A stretch of DNA of 54,979 nucleotides from Candidatus Geothermincola primus (lineage in GTDB: Bacteria; Actinomycetota; Geothermincolia; Geothermincolales; Geothermincolaceae). Shown here in pieces: positions 38,188 to 45,703 of the stretch; position 1 is the first letter of the stretch; every line of letters begins with the position of its first letter. The notes under the pieces were generated by a model. That model worked only from the letters and a program-made list of their open reading frames with translations. It was not told the DNA's origin and made no database searches. The translations under genes were made by a program, and so were the position numbers. Where the stretch lies: contig JACVIX010000002.1 of the NCBI GenBank assembly GCA_015711725.1, forward strand, positions 1-54,979, in the 5' to 3' direction.

Positions 38188-39567
38188 ATGTCAGAAATTG
38201 ACAGGGAAGAGAGAAGGAAGCGGGTCGAGAAACGCATCGCGGAATTGAAAAGACAAAAAAAGCGCGAAAAAGGGGTCAAGAAAAAATTCCCTTTAGGAAA
38301 AATAACGCCTAAATGGCCTAAAAATAAGCTTCAACTCATAACCGCATTAGTATTTATAATTTTCTTTATCATTTCCCTGATCGGCGCTTTAGTGCAGCTA
38401 GCGTTGTCCAACCCAGAGCAAAACCAAACGGAATATATGCTTAGAGCTAAAAACGCCGACTCGCTTCTTTCCCAAATCAACTCCAGCCAAAACGCCGTCG
38501 TGCCGCCTCGCATCAACGCCAGGGCGGCAGTTCTCATGGAGGCGGAGAGCAAGCAGGTTCTCTACAGTTTAAACCCTCAGCAGAAGCTCCCCAACGCTTC
38601 AACCACCAAGATCCTCACCGGCATTATCGCGCTTGAGAGGACAAGTCTTGACGAAAAGGTTTTCATTAGCCAAAGGGCGGCTTCTACGGGTGAACAATCC
38701 ATCGGCATGAAACCAGGCGAGTCGATGACCGTTAAGGATCTGCTCTATGCGCTATTGGTTTATTCGGCCAACGATGCCGCAGTCGCTCTGGCGGAGCATG
38801 TAGCGGGAAGCCTTGAGGGTTTCATGGAGATCATGAATCAGAAAGCAATGGAACTGGGAGCGACCGGAACGCATTTTGCCAACCCTCATGGCTTGGATGA
38901 AAAAGACCATTACACTACCGCGCTGGACTTAGCGTTGATCGGTGCTTATGCAATGGCCAATGCGGAGTTCAGAAATATCGTGGTGACAGACCAATATTCC
39001 ATTCTCTCTCCCCCGCGAACTTTTTCTAATCACAACAAGCTTTTGAAAATTTATCCCTACGCTAATGGAATCAAGACAGGATATACAGGAGGCGCGGGTA
39101 AATGCCTAGTCGGATCCGCGAAAAAAAATGGTATAACCTTGATCTCGGTAATACTAAATGACGACAATTATTTCAACGATACCGCACAATTATTGGAATA
39201 TGGATTCAACGCTTTCGTTAAGATAATTTATGCAGAAGCTGGAGATCAATTAGCGGAAATTCAGGTCGGGGCTTATCCGGAGAGAAGAGTAAAAGCTGTT
39301 GTCCGAGATGAGCTGAGCATATATGTAAGAAGGGATAAGCTGATCAATTACACTGGTTATACCATCAGCTATTATGCATGGCTCCCTTACCCGGTAAGGC
39401 AAGACCAGGAACTTGGTTCCCTTAAGGCGGAAGTAGAGGGAGTTAGGGTGGAAGCGCCACTGTTGGCAGAAAAGGAACTGCGTACGCCAAACTTCTTTGT
39501 CCGTGCCACTTCTTCTCTGTTTTCTTTCTGGGGAAAGCTGTTTAGATTTCTTATTCCTGGCATTTGA
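38188..39567 (+). CDS. D-alanyl-D-alanine carboxypeptidase (PBP5-type serine peptidase)
   Basis: N-terminal TM anchor, then SxxK 'ASTTK', SxN 'YSAND' and KTG 'IKTGYT'. Confidence 0.88.
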   Translation: MSEIDREERRKRVEKRIAELKRQKKREKGVKKKFPLGKITPKWPKNKLQLITALVFIIFFIISLIGALVQLALSNPEQNQTEYMLRAKNADSLLSQINSSQNAVVPPRINARAAVLMEAESKQVLYSLNPQQKLPNASTTKILTGIIALERTSLDEKVFISQRAASTGEQSIGMKPGESMTVKDLLYALLVYSANDAAVALAEHVAGSLEGFMEIMNQKAMELGATGTHFANPHGLDEKDHYTTALDLALIGAYAMANAEFRNIVVTDQYSILSPPRTFSNHNKLLKIYPYANGIKTGYTGGAGKCLVGSAKKNGITLISVILNDDNYFNDTAQLLEYGFNAFVKIIYAEAGDQLAEIQVGAYPERRVKAVVRDELSIYVRRDKLINYTGYTISYYAWLPYPVRQDQELGSLKAEVEGVRVEAPLLAEKELRTPNFFVRATSSLFSFWGKLFRFLIPGI

Positions 39568-39686
39568 CAAAGGCGATGTTTGAAAGCATCTAATTAGCGT
39601 GGACCTACACGTTTGGGAGAAAGAGCATGATGGGGATGGAGGCAAATGTGACATAATGAAAATGGTAGGCGTTGCAAAAAATTGTG

Positions 39687-39714
39687 ATAGCCTGGAGGAA
39701 ATAGCCTGGAGGAA
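39687..39714. repeat. perfect 14-bp tandem duplication spanning the hpt Shine-Dalgarno
   Basis: ATAGCCTGGAGGAA occurs twice back to back (39687-39700 and 39701-39714), directly before the hpt TTG start at 39718. Confidence 0.95.
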
Positions 39715-39717
39715 ATA

Positions 39718-40272
39718 TTGGATTACAGTTTTATCAAAAAAGTATTGTTTACAGAGGAAGAAATCGCCTCAAGGGTCAGGAGTCTGGGGGAGCAAATAAC
39801 CGCTTATTATCGGGAAAATTACGGGGAGCAGGAGATAAACATAGTAATGATCCTTAAGGGCGGATTTATTTTTCTCGCCGATCTAATAAGACACATACAT
39901 CACCCTTTAACCGTTGATTTCATGGCGATTTCCAGTTACGAAAATGGTCTCAAAGATACGGGTATCGCAAGAATTACCATGGATCTGTCCACTAGCATCA
40001 GAGATAGAAATGTTTTAATTGTCGAGGACATTATCGATACCGGGCTTACCCTAGGATACATCATAAAGATATTGAGGGAGAAAGGGCCCAACTCGATTGA
40101 GATCTGTACCTTGCTAGATCGTGCAAAAAATCGTATAGCCGATCTACCCATCAAGTTCAGGGGATTCGAAATCGAGAGCTTTTTTGTGGTGGGATATGGT
40201 TTAGATTTCAGGCAGAAATGGAGAAATCTCCCTTTCATATGTACCCTCAAAGACGAGGTTTTTGAAACCTAG
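39718..40272 (+). CDS. hpt: hypoxanthine phosphoribosyltransferase
   Basis: PRPP-binding motif 'VLIVEDIIDTGLTL' and 'VVGYGLDF'. TTG start. Confidence 0.93.
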   Translation: MDYSFIKKVLFTEEEIASRVRSLGEQITAYYRENYGEQEINIVMILKGGFIFLADLIRHIHHPLTVDFMAISSYENGLKDTGIARITMDLSTSIRDRNVLIVEDIIDTGLTLGYIIKILREKGPNSIEICTLLDRAKNRIADLPIKFRGFEIESFFVVGYGLDFRQKWRNLPFICTLKDEVFET

Positions 40273-40467
40273 TGAAGGAAAGCAACAAGGAACCTCTGAA
40301 GGTATTGGGAAATTATGTCGATGTATTAGATATAAGAGTAGAATAAGGATAAAATATATGTGGAGGGACGCTTATGTTGGAAGGGGTTTTAATTGCTGGA
40401 GGCGGTTTGACAATTTTGGCGGCGTGATATATTTTTACTCTATCATAGGATAGGATTGTGAGATCTT

Positions 40468-40941
40468 ATGGTTGAATTAACACTGATCGGCGTAAGGGTT
40501 GAACTTCCCGCAAACCAACCTATAGTGTTGCTCAAGGAAAGGAAAGGGGAAAGGTTCCTTCCTATATGGATAGGGGCTTTTGAGGCAACCGCGATAGCCT
40601 TCGCTCTCCAGGGCATAGAGACGGCAAGGCCTATGACACATGATTTGATGAAAAATATCATGGACGCCTTGGGCATTACCATGGAGAAGGTCGTTATCTC
40701 CGATCTTAAAGAGGGGACATTTTATGCCGACATCACCCTTGCGCAAAATGACGATACCTACGAGATTAGCGCGAGGCCCAGCGACGCCATCGCGTTGGCG
40801 GTAAGGATGGGCGTAACTATCTACGCCTCAGAGCATGTGCTATCAGAGGCGAGTGTTTTCATCCAGACCGATGAGGAGGAAGAGATCCAGCGTTTCAGAG
40901 ATTTCCTGGATAACGTTAAGCCAGAGGATTTCCAAGCCTGA
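40468..40941 (+). CDS. bifunctional nuclease family protein (DUF151, Rv1829-like)
   Basis: Contains 'PIVLLKE...RFLPIWIG..EA.AIA', 'RPMTHDL' and 'ARPSDAIALAVR', typical of DUF151. Confidence 0.85.
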   Translation: MVELTLIGVRVELPANQPIVLLKERKGERFLPIWIGAFEATAIAFALQGIETARPMTHDLMKNIMDALGITMEKVVISDLKEGTFYADITLAQNDDTYEISARPSDAIALAVRMGVTIYASEHVLSEASVFIQTDEEEEIQRFRDFLDNVKPEDFQA

Positions 40942-41120
40942 GATCTTTATGTGCTCAACCAAGAGGGGTAAGGTAAAGCCTATCGCAGTGAAAAGCTGCG
41001 ATTTTTCGTGCATTAAATAAGAGCGAATGCGGAATGATATTGGCATGCGTTCTCTGAAATTTTACGGGGCCCAAAGGGCTACAAGCCCCCAGCCCTAAAC
41101 GAAAGAGGAATGATCGCGGC

Positions 41121-42149
41121 ATGCAATCTTTGAAACTGCTGCAGAAAGCCTTTATACTTTTACTCATTATCATCACCGTGGGCACCTTAGGCTATATGGT
41201 GATTGAACACCAGAACTTCTTGAACGCTCTATACATGGTGATAATAACTTTGACCACCATTGGCTATGGGGAAACCTTCACGTTGGGGGTAGGAGGGAGG
41301 ATATTCACAATTTTCTTAGTTTTGGCGGGGGTGGGAACGGTCGCTTACACCCTAGTAACCGCCGTCGAATTCATGGTAGAAGGGCGCATATCTGGACTGA
41401 TGGGGAGGAGAAAGATGCGCAAAGACATCGAAAGTATGTTAGGTCACTATATTCTGTGCGGTTATGGAAGGGTAGGACAGTACATTGCTGACGATTTGAA
41501 TAAGGCCGGCGCCAAGTTCGTTATAATCGAAAAAGACGCCGCAGTGGCCGACAAAGCCTTAGAGCATGGCTTCACGGTGATAAAAGGTGATGCGACTGAT
41601 GAGGATATATTGAAAGCGGCAGGGATCGAGAGAGCAAAAGGATTGGTCACCGCGGTGAGTAGCGATGCCGAGAACCTATACGTTACCCTTACCGCAAGAG
41701 AGTTGTGCCCCCATCTATTCATAGTTTCAAGGTGCAATAATGAGGAATCGGAATCGAAACTGAGAAGAGCCGGTGCAGACCGGGTCATCTCACCCCATTC
41801 CATTGGGGGCAGAAGAATGGCGGCAATGTTGCTAAAACCTTTGGTTTGGGACTATCTAGATTTGGTTACCAAAGGGGACCATATCGAATTTAATATCGAA
41901 AATATTGAGTGGAGGCTGGATGACGTGGAAATCCTGCCCAATTCCTATCTGGATGGGAAGACCATAGAGGAGGCTAAGATATACGCTGTATCTGGAGCAC
42001 TAATTCTTGGGGTGAAGAAACGCGGCGGAACCTTTAATACCAAGCCCCCAAAAAACATCAAGCTTGAGGGTGGGGATTCGCTTATCGCCATCGGAACTGT
42101 GGATCAATTGGCCGCATTGGAGGGTATAGCCCATAAGAGTAAAATTTAG
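41121..42149 (+). CDS. two-TM potassium channel with RCK (TrkA-N/TrkA-C) domains
   Basis: Selectivity filter 'TLTTIGYGE' and Rossmann motif 'ILCGYGRVGQ'. Confidence 0.9.
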   Translation: MQSLKLLQKAFILLLIIITVGTLGYMVIEHQNFLNALYMVIITLTTIGYGETFTLGVGGRIFTIFLVLAGVGTVAYTLVTAVEFMVEGRISGLMGRRKMRKDIESMLGHYILCGYGRVGQYIADDLNKAGAKFVIIEKDAAVADKALEHGFTVIKGDATDEDILKAAGIERAKGLVTAVSSDAENLYVTLTARELCPHLFIVSRCNNEESESKLRRAGADRVISPHSIGGRRMAAMLLKPLVWDYLDLVTKGDHIEFNIENIEWRLDDVEILPNSYLDGKTIEEAKIYAVSGALILGVKKRGGTFNTKPPKNIKLEGGDSLIAIGTVDQLAALEGIAHKSKI

Positions 42150-42271
42150 CGATGGCATTGTCTATAATATCAATCTTAATAAGAGGTTGATTCTATTGAT
42201 TGGATAAATAGCATTAATATAAAGTAAATATTAAGAAATGTTGCACAATCATAAAATAGGTCAACCTGTTA

Positions 42272-42631
42272 ATGAATGAGGTAAACGAGGACAAAAAGGG
42301 TTTTCAGGAAGTTAAATTCGCCCATCGAAGCGAAAAGGAGTTCGCGCGTTTACTCGATTTCTATGAGATAAGGTGGCAGTATGAGCCCAGGTCTTTCGAT
42401 ATTGCCTGGGATAAACATGGGAACCCGGTTCAGAAATTCACCCCCGATTTTTACCTACCTGATTATGATCTCTATATCGAACTGACAACTATGAACCAGA
42501 AACTAGTTACCAAGAAGAACAAGAAGATAAGACGACTCAGAGAATTGTATCCTGACGTGAAATGCAAGATATTTTACCAGAAGGATTACAAAAGCCTGCT
42601 GATAAAGTATGGAATAAAACTTGAGGATTGA
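42272..42631 (+). CDS. small PD-(D/E)xK-like (restriction-endonuclease fold) protein, function unknown
   Basis: 119 aa. 'SEKEFARLLDFYEIRWQYEP...FTPDFYLPDYDLYIELT' resembles the TnsA-N/endonuclease core (S-x-x-E ... PDF ... D-x-x-I-E-x-[K/T]). Confidence 0.45.
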   Translation: MNEVNEDKKGFQEVKFAHRSEKEFARLLDFYEIRWQYEPRSFDIAWDKHGNPVQKFTPDFYLPDYDLYIELTTMNQKLVTKKNKKIRRLRELYPDVKCKIFYQKDYKSLLIKYGIKLED

Positions 42632-42854
42632 ATGGAACGTTGATGTTGGGTTGGATTGCGCCGCCCTCTTGGCGATATGGAATGACGCTTAGATGAAATT
42701 TTTACTCTAGAGGGATAATCTATAAGGAAAAGACATCGTCCCTCTTCTTATCTCCGTTACTTTAGAGAGATTCACCTTTGATGGCGGAGCGAGGATGGTA
42801 TATTTACGTTTAGCTATAAGAATAGTCTTTTAAATGAAAAATAACTCATTACAA

Positions 42855-43600
42855 ATGACGCCGAAGGCAAGTATCCTCATGCGTCTCCGGGATGCAAACG
42901 GCGAAAAGAGAGAGACGTTTTACATTCCGCAACCGGCGCTGGGCAACCGAGGGAAGGGAGAGTGTCACCTTTCGGCGCGGCCGACGAAGGGGACCTCTCT
43001 TTTCAGAAGGAATACTTGGCCGAATTCAAAGGAAAGAGCATTTTCCAGCAGGAAGATAAAGCTCATTATATAAGAGGGAGACCCCCTTCAGAGCTTTCGA
43101 GCGGGTCCATCCCCTCCGCAAGGCGCAGCCTGATTGCCTTGGGGGATGCGCGACTTGGCGGTGAGGCTCAGGCGTCAACTCCAGGGGCCGGTAAAAAAGC
43201 CAAGACCAGTTCCCTACGCTCTCCTAAAAACAAAGGAGGCCAACGGGCGCCTCAATGCCTTGGAGGAAAAAGTGGATGGTGGAAGAGAAAAGTGCGGTTA
43301 GATGCCCGGGGAAGGGAATCTATAACGGCTTGACTGGGGCGGTTTTCTCGATGTGGTAAAGACAAAGGTTGGGCTCGCAAGTTCTTGTGAGGGCCTTCAG
43401 GAGGACGAGGAGAGGGAGCGCAACCATGGGGTTCTTCCACTGCGCACGATCGGCCAACCGCGTCTGGTATAGGACAACCGATCACGAAGGCGAGAATATG
43501 CGGAGAAATAGCATCACAGAGATTCAAATGGGAACATTGATATGGCCGATATGGGTTGGATATGATCACCTCCGTCCAGCTAACAAAATTAGCCAGCAAA
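42855..43600 (+). ncRNA. candidate large structured non-coding RNA or long structured leader (unclassified)
   Basis: No credible ORF. The + strand is GC- and purine-rich in contrast to the AT-rich spacers elsewhere. Many helices are present, several needing G-U pairs on the + strand only. Boundaries are approximate. Confidence 0.3.
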
Positions 43601-43737
43601 AACATTTTATAAAAAGGAGGTAGCTCATTGACGATATGCTAAAGTGGGAGTAAATTATTTGATGAAGGTTATCCTGGAGCATCCAAATGGTTATATCCAG
43701 GGGAAAAATAAATTTAAGAAATTGGAGGTACAAACAG

Positions 43738-43938
43738 ATGGCGATCACTAAAGAAATGACCATTCAGGAAGTGGTTCAGAGCAACCCCGAAACTATCAGG
43801 GTTTTCATGGAGCACGGGCTCCACTGCGTAGGCTGTTCCATCGCCCGGTATGAAAATATCGAGCAGGGAGCTTTAGCTCATGGGATAGACGTAGAAAAGC
43901 TCATTGAAGATCTGAACAAAGTAGCGGGTGGGCAGTAA
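43738..43938 (+). CDS. DUF1858 / hybrid-cluster-protein-associated redox disulfide domain protein
   Basis: 'MAITKEMTIQEVVQSNPETIRVFMEHGLHCVGC...LAHGID' is typical of the family. The SD GGAGG lies 9 nt upstream of the ATG at 43738. The track ORF's upstream extension from 43687 is unlikely to be real. Confidence 0.75.
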   Translation: MAITKEMTIQEVVQSNPETIRVFMEHGLHCVGCSIARYENIEQGALAHGIDVEKLIEDLNKVAGGQ

Positions 43939-44293
43939 GGGCGGCCATAAGACCAAACATAACTCCCTGGGAGAGAAAAAGTTTATTATTTGAATCCTTT
44001 TTTGCTCATTCCACTTGTCAAAAAATCGATGATGGCCGAGCTGATAGTTAACTTTATATTTTAAAAGTTTTTCCATCCAACCAGTATCACTTTGCCATAT
44101 AGAGAGAGGAAATTCTCGTCTTTATTTACTCTGCTAATACGTTACCTAAAAAATCTTGGCTTCTCAGGAGGGAATCTTCAAATTCAATTTTAAACCCAAC
44201 TTTTTATAAACAATTTATGTCGTTTGCTGCTGCTAAAGTATAATAGCAAGGATTTATCAAAGGAAGCTGAACCGCTCAGATAGAAAATAGAGA

Positions 44294-44998
44294 TTGAGTA
44301 TGGGTAGCGGCAAGACGATGCGTAAACTAATCAGCTTGATCATATTATTACTTCTGCTTTTTTTGGCTGTGGAAATTGCCTCCACTTTTATAGGGCAGTG
44401 GGCTGTTTCAAGACGCCTCCAGGCGAAGTATTCCCTTTCCCAATCGCCCTCCGTTTCCATAAGCTCATTTCCTATGGTTTATAACCTTGCTAAGGGAAGG
44501 ATAAGGAGCTTAAGCGTGAGCATGGAGAATCAATATTTGATTAGGAAAGAAAATGATATGGGATTTCCTGTGATGATATATATATTTGCGCGCGATATTA
44601 ATTTTAGTTGGAATGAGCTAATTATGGGCAAACCTTCCTTGAATTACATTGGGGAATTAAGATCGATTGCTGTGGTGGATGAGGATATACTCTCTTCTTA
44701 TCTTTCAAATTGGGAAATGGCCATCGAATGGGTTGGTGAAAATGCTTTTATTATCAAGTCTGGCGATAGCTCTAAAAAATATCAATGTAAAGTACAAGTT
44801 AAGAGTAATAAGGTAGTGGAGCTGATAATATCAAAAGTATCAATTAGCAATCCATACTTTTTATCATCTGAGGGAGACATCGAGACTGGGGAGGTAAAAG
44901 CAATTGATTTTTCTCTCTTGCCGGACGGGTTCAATCTGGAAAATGCCTGCTTAAAGAGGGGAAAACTTTTACTTTATATCTCTATTAAAGGTTTATAA
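44294..44998 (+). CDS. DUF2993 (LmeA-like) membrane-anchored protein
   Basis: N-terminal TM segment 'LISLIILLLLLFLAV' followed by 'WAVSRRLQAKY...SISSFPMVYNLAKGRIRSLSVSM', which resembles the DUF2993 N-terminus. Confidence 0.5.
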   Translation: MSMGSGKTMRKLISLIILLLLLFLAVEIASTFIGQWAVSRRLQAKYSLSQSPSVSISSFPMVYNLAKGRIRSLSVSMENQYLIRKENDMGFPVMIYIFARDINFSWNELIMGKPSLNYIGELRSIAVVDEDILSSYLSNWEMAIEWVGENAFIIKSGDSSKKYQCKVQVKSNKVVELIISKVSISNPYFLSSEGDIETGEVKAIDFSLLPDGFNLENACLKRGKLLLYISIKGL

Positions 44999-45131
44999 AG
45001 AGATATATAAATTGTAAATCGATTAGTAAAAGATCAACTGATAATTGACATTATCTATGTACTTTAAAGTTAAACTTGCAGCTAATGAAATAAAAAATGT
45101 AAAATTTTTCAAATTTTTTTGGAAAAAATTA

Positions 45132-45184
45132 TTGACAAACAATATGTTGTAGTATATATATATTAATAAGCACAATATGTTGAT
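45132..45184 (+). promoter_or_regulatory. nrdR-nrdD promoter with two NrdR boxes
   Basis: -35 TTGACA (45132-37) with a -10-like TATATA (45155-60). The 11-mer ACAATATGTTG is repeated at 45139 and 45172 (33 bp apart) and matches the NrdR-box core CACAATATATTGTG at 11-12 of 14 positions. Confidence 0.65.
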
Positions 45185-45209
45185 ATAAACGCTATAGCTG
45201 CTGGAGAAG

Positions 45210-45680
45210 GTGATTTGCTTGAAATGCCCTTTCTGTGGTTTTGAAGATAGCAAGGTTATCGACTCGAGGTCTTCAGATGGTGGATCCTCCATCCGCAGGA
45301 GGAGACAGTGTAAGAAGTGCAAAGCGAGATTTACAACATTCGAGAGATATGAACAGATACCGGCAGTAGTGGTAAAGAGGAACGGGGATAGAGAGCCTTA
45401 CAACAGAGAAAAGATATTGGTTGGATTGAATAAAGCGTTTCAGAAAAGACCCGTCACCAAACAGAAGATACAAGAGCTTTTAGAGGATATCGAATCGGAG
45501 CTTAGAACCCACGGGGGTAAAGAAGTGGAAACCTCCTATATTGGAATGGTGGTTTTAAAAAAATTGAAGGAACTGGATGAGGTGGCTTACTTAAGGTTCG
45601 CATCTGTATACAAAGAATTCAAAGATGTATCACAGTTCCAAGAAGAGCTGATTGAACTGCTAAAGAAAGGTAAAAAATAG
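45210..45680 (+). CDS. nrdR: transcriptional repressor NrdR
   Basis: Zinc ribbon 'CPFCG...CKKC' plus an ATP-cone. The TTG at 45219 (MKCPFCG...), 8 nt after GGAGAAGG, is the more typical start. Confidence 0.95.
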   Translation: MICLKCPFCGFEDSKVIDSRSSDGGSSIRRRRQCKKCKARFTTFERYEQIPAVVVKRNGDREPYNREKILVGLNKAFQKRPVTKQKIQELLEDIESELRTHGGKEVETSYIGMVVLKKLKELDEVAYLRFASVYKEFKDVSQFQEELIELLKKGKK

Positions 45681-45703
45681 TTTTCTCATATCAAGGGGGT
45701 AAC

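Noticed and set aside
42855-43600. Known large or housekeeping RNAs (RNase P, tmRNA, SRP, group II intron domain V, cobalamin or c-di-AMP riboswitch) as the identity of the GC-rich interval.
   Set aside because: I could not find the universal cores by eye: GGAAAGUCC and ACAGAA..CCCGGCUUA for RNase P, a tRNA-like 3' end with UCCACCA for tmRNA, a B12 box, or domain-V-like GAGCCGUAU. Loose resemblances such as 'GGGGACC...CCGAAUUC' and 'GGGAAGGGAAUC' are too far apart and too weak. A covariance-model scan is still needed.
42834-43623. Track ORFs inside the 42.6-43.7 kb interval: 42834..43073, 42962..43333 and 43369..43623 on +, 43252..43605 on -.
   Set aside because: They overlap one another in different frames and give R/G/K/P/S-rich sequences without motifs or convincing SDs. 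I treat the interval as non-coding (candidate RNA) or decayed. Only a blastx search could rescue them.
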